Source of the DNA: Spirogloea muscicola
Lineage: Eukaryota
DNA: 49,614 nt
Assembly (NCBI GenBank): GCA_009602725.1
Contig: WELB01000011.1
Span: 911,463 to 961,076, forward strand
Direction of reading: 5' to 3'
Position numbers and translations under genes: made by a program. Under the pieces are notes generated by a model. It was not told where the DNA came from and ran no database searches. It saw nothing but the letters and a program-made list of their open reading frames with translations. Positions 1-11,376 of this stretch are shown here, piece after piece. Each line of letters opens with the position of its first letter. The stretch's first letter is position 1.

Positions 1-74
1 GCCAGAGAGAGAGAAGGCGCGCGGGGCGCATGAATTGAAAGGGAGGCCAATTCAAGCCAATACATTGTTCAGGC
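1..74 (-). mobile_element. 3' tail of CRE-like retrotransposon (inverted copy)
   Basis: Near-exact reverse complement of ~498-564 (gcctgaacaatgtattggcttgaattggcctccctttcaattcatgcgccccgcgcgccttctct). Confidence 0.8.
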
Positions 75-164
75 CAGGTTGGGGGGGGGGTGGGTCTGAA
101 TTCCGGCCGCCAGCTTGGCAAACGCGCGCGTTTCTTCCTACAACGCGCCCCAAAGGAGTCCTGG

Positions 165-310
165 TCAGCGTCCGATGTGGCGCCTTCGTGGCGTGCGACC
201 GCAACCGGGCCCGCGCTCAGTGTAAACGCGGTCAAGCCATACAAAGCGCAACACGTACCCCTCGGCGCGGCCGACCAACCCGGTGTAACCCGGCCTTAAG
301 TAGAGGGTTA
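165..310 (-). mobile_element. Possible degenerate Ty1/copia reverse transcriptase fragment
   Basis: Minus-strand frames give LYLRPGY..EGYVLR, then ALYGL (233-247) and SDADQDSF, in the order of the copia RT motifs IYMxQPxG..ALYGLKQ..SxADPCLF. Frameshifted and partly deleted. Confidence 0.4.
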
Positions 311-351
311 CCAAGCGATCATCCTTCTCTTCTTCTACATGCTCAATGACG

Positions 352-560
352 CATGCTCCGGCTTTCGTGGCGGCGCTCCAGCTCCCCAAGTTAGCTTGTC
401 AGATTTGTTTGTGCTCACCCGTGGGTACTAATGTCATCTTAGGTACCTTAGATTAGGTCTCCGTATTATGTAGATTGTTTAGTCTGCACTCGACTCTGCC
501 TGAACAATGTATTGGCTTGAATTGGCCTCCCTTTCAATTCATGCGCCCCGCGCGCCTTCT
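352..560 (+). mobile_element. 5'-truncated CRE-like non-LTR retrotransposon 3' end
   Basis: Encodes RGGAPAPQVSLSDLFVLTRGY* plus a 3'UTR highly similar to 11180-11376. Flanked by the direct repeat ctcttcttctacatg (327-341, 561-575). Confidence 0.8.
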
Positions 561-1054
561 CTCTTCTTCTACATGGTCTTTGCTCAATGACGTCTACCAG
601 CGCTAAGCGCGCCGCGCTTCCTTCTTTTCGGCCCCATCGGACCTTGTCGACTATTTCCGGGCTGGTTGTTTACAGCCCTCGCTCCCTCTGAAAGCGCAAC
701 TTTCTCCTTTACCTGGTTTGAATACGTGCAATGAAACTCATAGTTCCTTCGCATATGACAACCAAGTCTTAGCATTTGTGTGAGTGCGTTATCTCTTATG
801 GATTACCCCAACAGTATGTCAATATGAAGCAATACTGATAAGGCGTTCGATATCTCTATCAATAGCTCTCTTGTATTCAGAATCAATTAGGTGTATTTGA
901 TTAGTAATTACGGACAATCTTATCCAGTTGAATTATACTTCTTTGATGAACCTTAACACCATCACTAATACCTGAATGCTCACATATCCGTCGTACTAGG
1001 ACCAATTCCCGAGATGAAAGTGAGATATGCTTGTGGGCTGGCCTTGGCACTGGA

Positions 1055-1155
1055 GGAGTGAGAACGCATGCGTTGCTTTTGAAATGAAAGGGTGGCCAAG
1101 CCGAGCCAGTGCATTGGTCAGGCGAAGCAAGTACAAAGGACGGGGCTACCTAGAG
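1055..1155 (-). mobile_element. Diverged CRE-like 3'UTR remnant
   Basis: gaaagggtggccaagccgagccagtgcat...ggggctac matches the reverse complement of the tail at 33555-33640. Confidence 0.6.
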
Positions 1156-1393
1156 CGGAGCACAAAAAGAGAAGGCTCCTCCAGAAGGACGGCTGTAGTG
1201 GGCCAGCTTGAACAGTGGGCGAGGCCTAAGGCGAAGCCCCAAGGACGGCTAAAGTCACTAAGCTATGCTAACGCTAAGTAAGCTAACATTTGCTAATTGG
1301 CTGCCCAGGCCTGCGTGTAACATGGATTCCCATAACATCTTTATGCACCCAGAGTCGGGTTTTGGCAGTACCAATATGCAACAGACGTAGTAG

Positions 1394-4300
1394 CTACCTT
1401 TTGCTCAGGTCAAGCCTGCGCTTCAGAATATCACCTACCATCGATGGCAGCATTCTGGTGACACCATGCTCTTTAAGCATGCGGACTACGTTTTGGCCCA
1501 CCTCTGTCAATAGGGCATCTGAAGGACTGCTGCGCTGGGGCAGGTCTTCAGCAGAGGCAATCATGAGAAGGGCAGCTGAAGCCTCCTCTGTAGGAAGCCT
1601 CAAAAGGGTGCATGTGTCCCGCAGGTTTCTAAAGAAGCTGGCAGGTTTGGCCGTGAACTTCTGAAACACAGAGAACAAGACTTCCGCATCTGCAATGACT
1701 TGCTTTGCCCCCAGCTCATTGAAGCTAGCCCCACCAAGGACCAGTTTATTATCAGGTACTGATCCAGCCCTGCCGCAATCCTCCTCCATGTATCCACAAA
1801 GACGAACTCGTCCATCACCCTGCTGAGTGCATCCAGCTTTCCCTCCAGCTCCAGCACTGCCTCCAACAGCCTTTGGGAAGGAAGGAGAGGCCCTTCTGCT
1901 GACCTGCTCAATGAAGCTGCAGATGTTAGCTAATCTTTGAGGGAACAGGTCAGTTACGACCTTAAAGAAAGTACACCAAGCCCAGATTCATTTGCAGAAC
2001 GTTACTGTACATACCAACAAATTTCTGGATCAGCAGAGCATGCCCACCTTTGCAGAAATTGAGCGGTGTTGTCGTCCCGCCATCGCTTTTTATCTTGCAC
2101 GTATTCTGTGCACCTAGCTCCAAACGCTCTGATTATGGCTGACACGATCTTCCCTGTCCATTCCTGCAACAAACAATCAAATTTCTCAATCACTTAAGTT
2201 TTCTGGTTCTTCCCTTAGTTACATCATCTAGCGGCGTTGGAAACCAGCGAGCATAAGATTTTGCTGCCTCTCACACTGCATCTGAGATGAATGATCTGTT
2301 ATCTCAGATGCATATGCAATATGAGATGGTACAAAGTGAGGGTGATGGTATATTTGATGTTGTCAGTAACAGTTCACTTAGTCAATGCAGGCCATCAAGG
2401 ATATGTACAGCATAAGGAGACAGCAGCAGTGAAAGACGGCTCACATCAGCAAATGACATGAGGTCTGCAAGCTCCTGCTGAAAGACAGATTTCTCATCCG
2501 CTTCAGACGTAGCATCGCCTTCCTGTCCATCATCTGCAAAGGAATGCAGCAGCTCTGCCATGGGCACCTCCTCACTCCATTCTGCAGCAACAAAGTCCGG
2601 AAGTGTCTAAGTCCTTCACCAACTCCTTACTACTACTGCTAGACTGGCAGAGTTGCAGCACTGTATGGGCTTCAAGAAAGTCCATGATGCTTCAGCTAGA
2701 TATTAACCGCACTACCTCAACTGCTGACAAGCCATTAGCTTGGCACGTAAATGCACCTTGCAGGTAGTTTGCAACATATCGAGCTGCATTTAGGCATTGA
2801 GCCACCTGCACAATTGACACACGCTGGTCAGAGCACGTGAAATGACCGGCACGCTCACAATCAACTGACTTTTCTTACGTTCAATACCAAGAACCATATG
2901 TGTCCTTATCACTTGCAAGCTTTCCGTCTCAACCTCGTGCTGAGACTAAGCCTCAAATTTGTGTTGTGGGTGGCTACCTTGTAAAGACCGGAATCGGTTG
3001 CTAACGCTGTTAGCCCCTCAGCTTCCTGGCTCTGCACCAGAAGTTCCTGCAAGTATCTGTCTGCCAATGGAGCAACGCTGTCCCTCACGAATGCCAGCCT
3101 CTGAGATAGAAAAGGATGAAGAAGCTTCAGCAATTCCGCACGTCACGATAGACGAGCGTAGTCGACAGACTCCACCGATGTGCTGCCATGAAATATGTGC
3201 AAAGGGTGCATGGAGGGCTAATAGCAAGAACAACCTGCAACAATTGCAGAGCACAACCTGCAGTGGTCCGTGGCATCAGGGCCGTGTAGTAATGCTTATT
3301 GGGGCGGTCACCTTCTCGCGGCTGGAGAGGGTGGCACATCGGCTGGTAGTGACCCGCATCAGCAACACAAGGCAGTGTGCACCAACTGGCGGCTTAAACT
3401 CCACTGCGCTTCTGCCTGCCTCCTTGGCAAGCTCCTCAACACCTAGCAAAGTGTCTGCCAGCTGCCAGGACTCCTCGTCCTTGAGCACCTTGATGAGCTT
3501 CTGGAGCGCATCCTCAAGCTCTAGACGAGTCCGAATCTGTAACCATTCCTTCCGCTCTGCAAACACATCGAGGGCGTTCCCGTCCCACCTGGGGTTGGCA
3601 CCCTCTTGGACCTTTGCAGAAGTCTCCCTTGCAGTAAAATCTCCAAAAGCTGCCATGCTGCGGTCGAATCTTAGGGTGTAATCCACCGTGTGAAGCCAGG
3701 TAGCAGCAGGAGATGGCCCTGCTGCAGCAGCTATGCTATTTTCATCCACGTCCAACATCTTGGCAAGCAGGGGCAGAGCTGTATTCCGTAAGTGGGCGGC
3801 AGCTAGTCCGGCGACGGCTTTTGACCATTCCTCCCACACGCTCCTCCGCACATCAGCTGAATCAAGACCTGGCTGAAGCACGTCCTCCAACACCTTGGCG
3901 TGTTCTCTTGCAAGCTTGAGAAGAGATAAGGCCAGTCAGGCGTGGCAGTGCAACCCCTTTTCAAAGATTCCAGCTCGTCTGCGTGGCGCTTTTTACTGCG
4001 GCATGCAGTCCATGCTTATGTTGGCAAGCACAGTGACAAAATCGGTGCTTCATTCAGCCTTTCTAGAATGCTTGCGTACGGACTTGAAGGCCAGTGCAAA
4101 CACGTATTCAGGTTGCTGCAACCACTGAGAAAAGTGTATCTCCGCAGATTTGCCAAGTGGTCTTGCCATCGCTTCCATGCACCACATGACCTTTCCTGAT
4201 CCCTGGGCCCCTGGGCCACCACCGAAACTGTCTGAGCAAGCCTGAGTGAAAAAGCGACTCAACAGGTACAATTGCTTCTTTGGCACCACCATGCTCTAGA

Positions 4301-6474
4301 AAAGACAAGACTCTCATCTGCTGCCAACAAGAACAGGTGCTGCTTCTCAAGCACATGCCTTCAGATGCCAGCGTTCCCCGCCGATGTAAGTGCAACTCTT
4401 CGAGCACACAGACATTCACGAAACTCGTCTCCAACCTTGCCCTTGCAATATCAGAGAGCTTGAGAAATGGATGGACAGCAGTCTTGCTGGCGCTATCCGA
4501 CAAGGTTGGTGGCCACCCAGACGCCTTCAAGCAGGAGTCAAATTCTGCAAAAATTAAGTCCACAGTTAGCAGCTCTCTCTCTTGAGATAGTGACCTGTAG
4601 GTTAATTTAGCATCAATAGACTGTGAAGAGGAGAGGTTTGCATGACCATTGTCCGAACCAGGTAACATGGTCAGTAGCAGCACAAACAAGGACTTGCCGC
4701 TTGCAGAACATCCTCTTTAATTCGTAGCAGTGGTGAGCAGGGATAGAACAGAATATGGGTCTACCTTTCAGTGCTGCTGGACGAAGTTTTGCTCCGCTGT
4801 TGTCAATCCTGACATTTATATTTGCTACGAGGTTGCTCCAAGATGGTCTCTCAGACGTGATTGACGCAGTGGCTTTTGCAGCAACTTGAAACTGATCGAC
4901 TGCCACAGCCAGCTGCACACGGAGTATCACAGCCGTGCTGATAGCTGGAAGATGCTATGAAGCAAGCAGGTGCCTCCCAATAAGACAGACTATTATGCCT
5001 CCAGATGTTGGAGAGGCTGGTCATCTGATAAGCTCATAACACGTCCTCAAGGTGCGGCAACTGTCATTGAGAGAGTCAGTGTACCTTGCTCGCGTCTACT
5101 GAATTGATAGAGGCTATTTGTGTGCCAGCTCTGTTTCCAGGCATAATTGCAAGTGCTGCAACACATGCTCATGTTTGACACTTAACAGGCCTCCAGAATG
5201 GCCCTTAACCTTGCACAGAGTCCAAGCACTGCAGACGAGTGGCCAGATGCCAAGCCAGCATGGATAGCAATGCCTTGAATCCAGCTGCAACATGCTAGTG
5301 CTTTCACTTGTGGATTTATGAATCAAAAGGTACTGCTGAGCTTCGCCCCTTCCAAGCAGTGCCTGGCCAGCAAGCCGGAAGTCACAATCCCTACTCACCA
5401 GCTACAGAAGCCTCCAGTCCGGCATTAACTTGCTCGAGGTGCAATAAGCATTCCACGTAATCTTGCACCCTCCCTAAGGCCATGACCTCTGTAGCAACTT
5501 CTTCCAGCTCCTTTAAGACTGGCTGCATACCAGCCAGCAGGCTCATGCCAAGATTCAGGTACAATCAAGCTGCTACTATGGGCATGAGTGTGCACGCCCG
5601 GCTTGCAATTGAACGTGTTGGTGGAACTTACACAAGCTGCAGGCCAATCTCACCAATATGCTGAGGACAAAAATTTCCTAGTACCTTTGCCGTCTGTGTA
5701 ACGACAGCAGCCTGGCCCTTGAGAGCGTCTAGGCGAGTGCAGAGTGCAAGCAATGCCTGCACGTGCAAGTACACAGCAGGGTCTGTAAATCAGAAGTGCG
5801 ATACCAAGAGCATGAATTTGCAGGGCGCAAGTGCTGTGATGGCAAGAGAACAGTAGTGTCCTGACATGAGCAGGAATAGAGACCTGGAGGCCTGTCTGAA
5901 AGTCCTCGGTGGTCTTGACGGCTTGCCGTGCGAGGGCCTCCTTAGCAGCAACATCCTACGGGAGGGAACAGAGCAAAAGCAGGCAGTCATGGCTCAGCGC
6001 CACATCTGAGCATGTGACTGCGACTTGCATCTCAGAATGTTCCGTACGACAAGCAGATGATGTGGTGCGGAGTCATTATACACAGGGACAAAGAGCGCTC
6101 CGCCGGCCTCGCCCTGCTGGATGTGGCGCAGAGAGCAGGCCACCATCGCGAGCAGGTAAACAGGCGCCTGTGACTCCCTCGGAAGCTGTGTCGGCCTTGT
6201 CATGCGGTCACCCGGGACTGTCGACGACCGTGCCAAGATGGAGAAGGCCTCCCGAAGCCAGGCTTTGGCGAAGTCTACGCAAGAAGGTGAACGTAGCCAG
6301 GGCAGAGCAAGCTCTCGCCTGCCGGTGCAAATGCGCCTCCTCGGCGCGTAGCGTCGCGAGGAAGGCTGGCAGGTCGCGACGGGCGGCCGGCCCGGAGGGG
6401 AAGTGGCTGTTGAGGAGCGCCTTGACCGCGGGGGCCACGTCCGACAGGGACGCTGCCGTCGCGGCAGCCGCCAT
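1394..6474 (-). CDS. RINT1/TIP20 family (MAG2-like) ER tethering factor, multi-exon, with a frameshift near 1750
   Basis: ATG at 6474. Spliceable exons include GWPP, WCMEAMARPL..HFSQW..QPEYVFAL, WLHTVD..L.FD, CLNAARY..LQEWSEE, TWRRIAAGLDQYL and LFSVF...PASFF, which resemble plant RINT1/MAG2 blocks. TAG at 1394-1396. Confidence 0.8.
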
Positions 6475-6860
6475 GCTTCCGGGCGACGCCGCCGACTTGC
6501 GGCAGTCACTGCAGAAGCGGCGGCGGCGGCAGCGGCGGCGCGGCGCGGCTAGCGCGCCGCGCTCGCCGCGGAAGGCGGCGCGGCTCTCGGCGCCGCAGGA
6601 GTGCCGGGGGGTGATCAGCAGCTCGAGGAGGGCAGTCGGGCATGAGAGGCCCGTCAGCGCCAGCATCAGAGTCAGCGTCAGCCGCGGCCTCGGTTTAGGA
6701 CTTGAAGAAGATCAGTTTGCCTTTGCCTTTGTCCATGCTCTCAACGAAGACGATGACGGTCTCAGACCTGTGGATGTGCTCCAGGCTAGTTACATGAAAG
6801 CCACCTGGAAGGTTTTCAGTTCGGCAGTCATGTCAAATAATATCATGTCCATACAAGTAT

Positions 6861-6959
6861 GTTAGCACCGACAACTTTGGCCGGGAGGACTGGCGCATAT
6901 GGAGGTACAAGTTGGAGATGGTGCTGCAGGCGCACAGGCTGTGGGGCGTCTGTCCTTGA
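6861..6959 (+). mobile_element. Ty1/copia Gag N-terminal remnant
   Basis: Translates as DNFGREDWRIWRYKLEMVLQAHRLWGVC*, fitting the copia Gag N-terminal pattern F.G.NY..W...M...L....LW..V. Confidence 0.55.
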
Positions 6960-6989
6960 GGAAGAGACAGTCGTCTTCATACACGACGC

Positions 6990-7305
6990 ACTGACCAGGA
7001 GGAGGGTCTCCGCATCATCGTGGACGACGTGACTACCAGACTCCGTCGACTCCGCCAACTGCACCAAGTCGGCAGCAGAGACAGGGCACGCGGTTGGCGA
7101 GGCTGCTAGCGTAAAGAGCGCAAGTCTGCGGACCACCCCGCCGGCGGTGAGTTTGTGTTGCTGGCGCTTATCATGCACGGGGCTTTTACTTGTCAGTGTC
7201 TAGACCTCCTGCTGCGGCCTGCACGGTAGGCCATCAATCATCGGCAGGGACAGCAAGGTGAGCTGCCCAGCTTCAACCCCGCCGGGTCGCTTGCCCAGGT
7301 TTTGC
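6990..7305 (+). mobile_element. Degenerate CRE-like REL endonuclease remnant
   Basis: Broken frames give RIIVD.VTT, TGHAVGEAA.VK and ADHPAGGEFVLLALIMHGAF...FNPAGSLAQV, collinear with the 40424-41195 copy (ADHPREDEFFPLAIDTH..FPAAGSLAQV). Confidence 0.7.
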
Positions 7306-7797
7306 ACCTGGGCAAGATGTTGTCTCTTTCTCGAAACAAGAAAAAAATGAGCTGTTTCTTTCTCGTTTTCTTGCGTAGTTTTTTGCATTAAAAAAAGTAG
7401 ACTCTTGCATAGCTGTGTGCTAATGGCATCATTCGGCCCTTTGGATTGTGTCCTCTCGGGCTGGCTGTTGACAGCCAGCTCTCTGACCCCTCTGTTAGGG
7501 TAGATATTTTGGAGTAGGCCACCGGAGTTGGGTGGCCTTGGTCAGCTAAGAGAGACAAAAGGGCGGGCTCGCACACAGACTCTGCTTGATGTGACGGTTT
7601 TACCTGTGTGCAACTTCTTGCAAGGCACAGTTAGCTGCTTTTAAGGACACCATGTTATGCACATTATAAATGCGCTTTCAAGGTAAAGTTGCTGACACTA
7701 AAGAAAGTGAGCTAGGTGCAAGGAGCAATAGAATACTTTCTGAATCTTAAGCTTGTTAAGGGCAGCCTGGCTCGGTCTGCCTCAAGCGAATGGCAAC

Positions 7798-9402
7798 TCA
7801 CTGCTGGAGCTGCTTGACATCGTCAATGTCCACGGGCGCCTCTTTCCACATAGGCTCCTCAGCAGCAATGTAGTCCTGGATGGACGGGGGTAGCATCGCG
7901 AAGGTGTCGGCCCGCCAGCCCACAAGGTGCATGACTGCGCTCTCAGCAAAGGGTGGCGTGTGGCCCACGCGCACCGTGGAGCAGTGTGTGCTCACCTCCT
8001 CCTCTTCCACCTTGTCCATGAAGTAGTCGTGATTCTCATAGACAAGGTACTCGCCTACACAAAACGGACTGGCCTGCATGTGAGGACCATGGACGTCTTG
8101 CGCCTGGCATGCACGCCGCACAAGCACATTGAAGCTGCTGCAGAGCCTCCGCCCGCAGCCTGGAGAACTTAGAGACAAGGGTGCAGCCAACCATGGGCTT
8201 GAGCTCGGTCTGCCCACCTTGAGGTGTTTTGAAGTTAAGGAACACAGGGCAGGTGAAAACCATGCTCGTGGTGCTCTGCAGGTGCTTCAGGCTCACCACA
8301 TTGCCACGCAGAGTCTGCAGCGGCTCACCCTCTCCACCCGTCACCTGCGTGCACACCATCATCAGGTAACGTGCTTTAGCATTTTCCAGCCATAGCCATG
8401 ACGCACACATCCCATCCAATGGCTGCTGGGAGAGGAAGCGGGACGGTTGCAGTGGCCAGATGGCAGCGCAGCGGTCTCGTACCTCTGTCAGGAGGCGGTT
8501 ATTGTCGAGTCGGTAAGTTGTGTGCTGGTATGCGTATTTGATGGGGGACACTGATGTATCATTGTACTGACTCAGCACCTCTCCACTGTCCTTGTCCCGG
8601 AATATGAAGACCTTGCGGGACAGCTGGTGCACGAGAGTGGGGCCCGCCACGACAGCGCGCGTGGCATCAAAGCCCTCCACCTTGACCAGCAGCTTTCCCT
8701 CGGGGTGCGAGTAGATGTCGCCAGTGCTGTACCAGTACACTGTCTCACCGTCCATGCCACACCGTAGGTTGATCCATCTGTGCAAGGGGTTGTAAACAGA
8801 TAGATCAGCTACATCGCGCAAAGGAAGAGGGCACAAGGAAGAGGAGAAGCTTAGCAACAACGAGAATCTTCTTACTAAGAAGGATGGACTTGCGGGTCAG
8901 GCCTTGAGATGATCTGGCAGCTCGGCAGTGGCAGGCATGACATGAACCAATTAAGCCCGCAAGTGCCGCCAGCATTGGCAGTCGCTGACACGCAGCTTTG
9001 GCGCATAGTCAATAAAGTTACTAGCTGCACCCAACCAGAGCACAGCTACTCAGGTAGGTATCAGCTCAGCACATAGTTGGCAGCGACGACAGGCTGGCTG
9101 ACCTGTAGAAGTTGGCCTCGTCAAAGTAGTCGTGGTCCTGCGCTTGGATGACCGCCAGGCGAGCGTCGGACCGCGCGCGCAGCTGCGCGTGGAAGTCCTG
9201 CTCGCGCTGCACCAGGTGGCTCTCGTACTCGGCCAGCCGCCGCCGCGCCGCTTCCGCCTCCGCGCCCTCGCAGGCCAGCCGCTCGGCGGCCTCGCGCAGC
9301 TCTCGCTCCCGGCGCTCCAGCTCCTCACCACCGGCCGCCACCTGCGCCGCCGCCTCGGCCTCTCGGGTGGCCGCCCTCGCCGTGGCCTCAGCCTCCCGGG
9401 CC
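7798..9402 (-). CDS. DUF1838-like protein with N-terminal coiled coil; 5' end in N-gap
   Basis: Exons >9402-9103, 8777-8483, 8344-8218 and 8054-7798 join in frame via GT-AG introns. Motifs VYWYSTGDIY, KVEGFDATR, SRKVFIFRD..SGEVL and LPPSIQDYI..EEP.W..AP. Confidence 0.65.
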
Positions 9403-10434
9403 NNNNNNNNNNNNNNNNNNNNNNNNNNNNNNNNNNNNNNNNNNNNNNNNNNNNNNNNNNNNNNNNNNNNNNNNNNNNNNNNNNNNNNNNNNNNNNNNNN
9501 NNNNNNNNNNNNNNNNNNNNNNNNNNNNNNNNNNNNNNNNNNNNNNNNNNNNNNNNNNNNNNNNNNNNNNNNNNNNNNNNNNNNNNNNNNNNNNNNNNNN
9601 NNNNNNNNNNNNNNNNNNNNNNNNNNNNNNNNNNNNNNNNNNNNNNNNNNNNNNNNNNNNNNNNNNNNNNNNNNNNNNNNNNNNNNNNNNNNNNNNNNNN
9701 NNNNNNNNNNNNNNNNNNNNNNNNNNNNNNNNNNNNNNNNNNNNNNNNNNNNNNNNNNNNNNNNNNNNNNNNNNNNNNNNNNNNNNNNNNNNNNNNNNNN
9801 NNNNNNNNNNNNNNNNNNNNNNNNNNNNNNNNNNNNNNNNNNNNNNNNNNNNNNNNNNNNNNNNNNNNNNNNNNNNNNNNNNNNNNNNNNNNNNNNNNNN
9901 NNNNNNNNNNNNNNNNNNNNNNNNNNNNNNNNNNNNNNNNNNNNNNNNNNNNNNNNNNNNNNNNNNNNNNNNNNNNNNNNNNNNNNNNNNNNNNNNNNNN
10001 NNNNNNNNNNNNNNNNNNNNNNNNNNNNNNNNNNNNNNNNNNNNNNNNNNNNNNNNNNNNNNNNNNNNNNNNNNNNNNNNNNNNNNNNNNNNNNNNNNNN
10101 NNNNNNNNNNNNNNNNNNNNNNNNNNNNNNNNNNNNNNNNNNNNNNNNNNNNNNNNNNNNNNNNNNNNNNNNNNNNNNNNNNNNNNNNNNNNCCGCAGGC
10201 AGCTCCGCGCGCGGCGCGACGCGCCTCGCGGCGGCGCCGCCGGCGGGCGCTTGCGCGTCGGCAGCTGGACTGTCAAATGGTGGACGTGAGAGGGAACGGC
10301 TACTCGTGCGGGGACGGGGTTTTCGGATCATCCATAGTGGGCTCGTGGTTTGATGGGCGGCCATGAAGGCCGGCGGGAGTTGCAGACGGACCGGCGCTTG
10401 TCGGCACCTTCGGGCCTTGTCAACTCCTTTCGGG

Positions 10435-11376
10435 TGTGGCCACATTGCCGATGACAAGCTCGATCTAGCTGCTCATAGCCAGAGATGTGTTGAGGGGGAT
10501 GAGCGCATTGCCTCCCACGACTTACTCAGGGACACTATGTTTGGAATTGTGCGAGAGGCGGGGTATCATCAGGGGAAGCGCTAAGAATACAAGCACACAA
10601 AGAAACAAAGCAGCTACGAATCACTCAGTAACCCCTGCTAAGCAGCCGCAGATCAGAGATGCTAGGCTCCTGGAAGTGGGTCCCCTGGCCAGAGCCAGAG
10701 GCATCATGGAGGTGTCCGGCATCATGCCAATCTCCTCAAGGCGCGGCAAGCCATACGTGCGGCGTCTGGACGTGGTCGCCACCCCCCGGGGCGGTGAGCC
10801 TCGTCTGCTCCTGGACGTGGTACTGGTCGACCCATACAAGGCTGGCGCACCCACGTCAACCGTGTCTGGCTGGGCCACGTCCAGCGCGGAGCGCAAGAAG
10901 GAGCGGCACTACCAGGACCATCCCCGAGGGGACCATCTTTATCCGTATGCCATGGATATCTACGGAGGCTACCGCGTAAAATGGTCCTCCCTGATCCAGC
11001 ATCTGGCCCGGCTGGTTGATGCGCGTCGTCGAAGTCGGGGGGGCAGCTTGAGCCACTCCAGCGTTCCGCAGGCCTTGGTTGCATATTATAGCATGCGGCT
11101 CTCACTTGGTTTGCAGCGCTCGCAAGCATTGGCTCTTCATCAACGTGCAGGGCGCGCTCTAAGTCAGGCCTCTGGCTTGCGTGGCGGCGCTCCAGCTCCC
11201 CAAGTTAGCTTGTCCGATTTGTTTGTGCTCACCCGTGGGTACTGATGTCACCTTAGGCACTTAGTTTAGGTCTCCGTATTATGTAGCCCTGTTTAGGTTG
11301 CCCTAGACTCTGCCTGAACAACGTATCGGCTTGAGTTGGCCTCCATTTCATTTCATGCGCCCCGCGCGCCTTCTCT
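10435..11376 (+). mobile_element. 5'-truncated CRE-like non-LTR retrotransposon (zinc-knuckle remnant, REL endonuclease, 3'UTR)
   Basis: CGH..D....H..RC...ERIASHDLLRD...EAGY, then RLDVV..LLLDVVLVDP..AERKKERHY..YPYAMDIYG..RLSLGLQR..LTRGY* (stop 11245). Flanked by the 8-bp duplication ctttcggg (10427-10434, 11377-11384). Confidence 0.85.
10571..10703 (-). mobile_element. Inverted 3' fragment of a second CRE-like subfamily nested in the element above
   Basis: Reverse strand reads ASGSGQGTHFQEPSISDLRLLSRGY*. 10661-10703 is nearly identical to 40424-40466. Confidence 0.75.

Noticed and set aside
2277..2312. 12-bp perfect hairpin (tgcatctgagat / atctcagatgca) in a RINT1 intron
   Set aside because: Single short palindrome with no second copy or RNA-family features; chance or local duplication is sufficient.
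5909..6865. 318-aa plus-strand ORF and similar R/A/P-rich ORFs
   Set aside because: Antisense shadows of GC-rich first exons with no recognisable motifs.
9050..10457. Long ORFs spanning N-runs (also near 15-16 kb, 20 kb, 32 kb and 40 kb)
   Set aside because: Artefacts of translating through assembly gaps.
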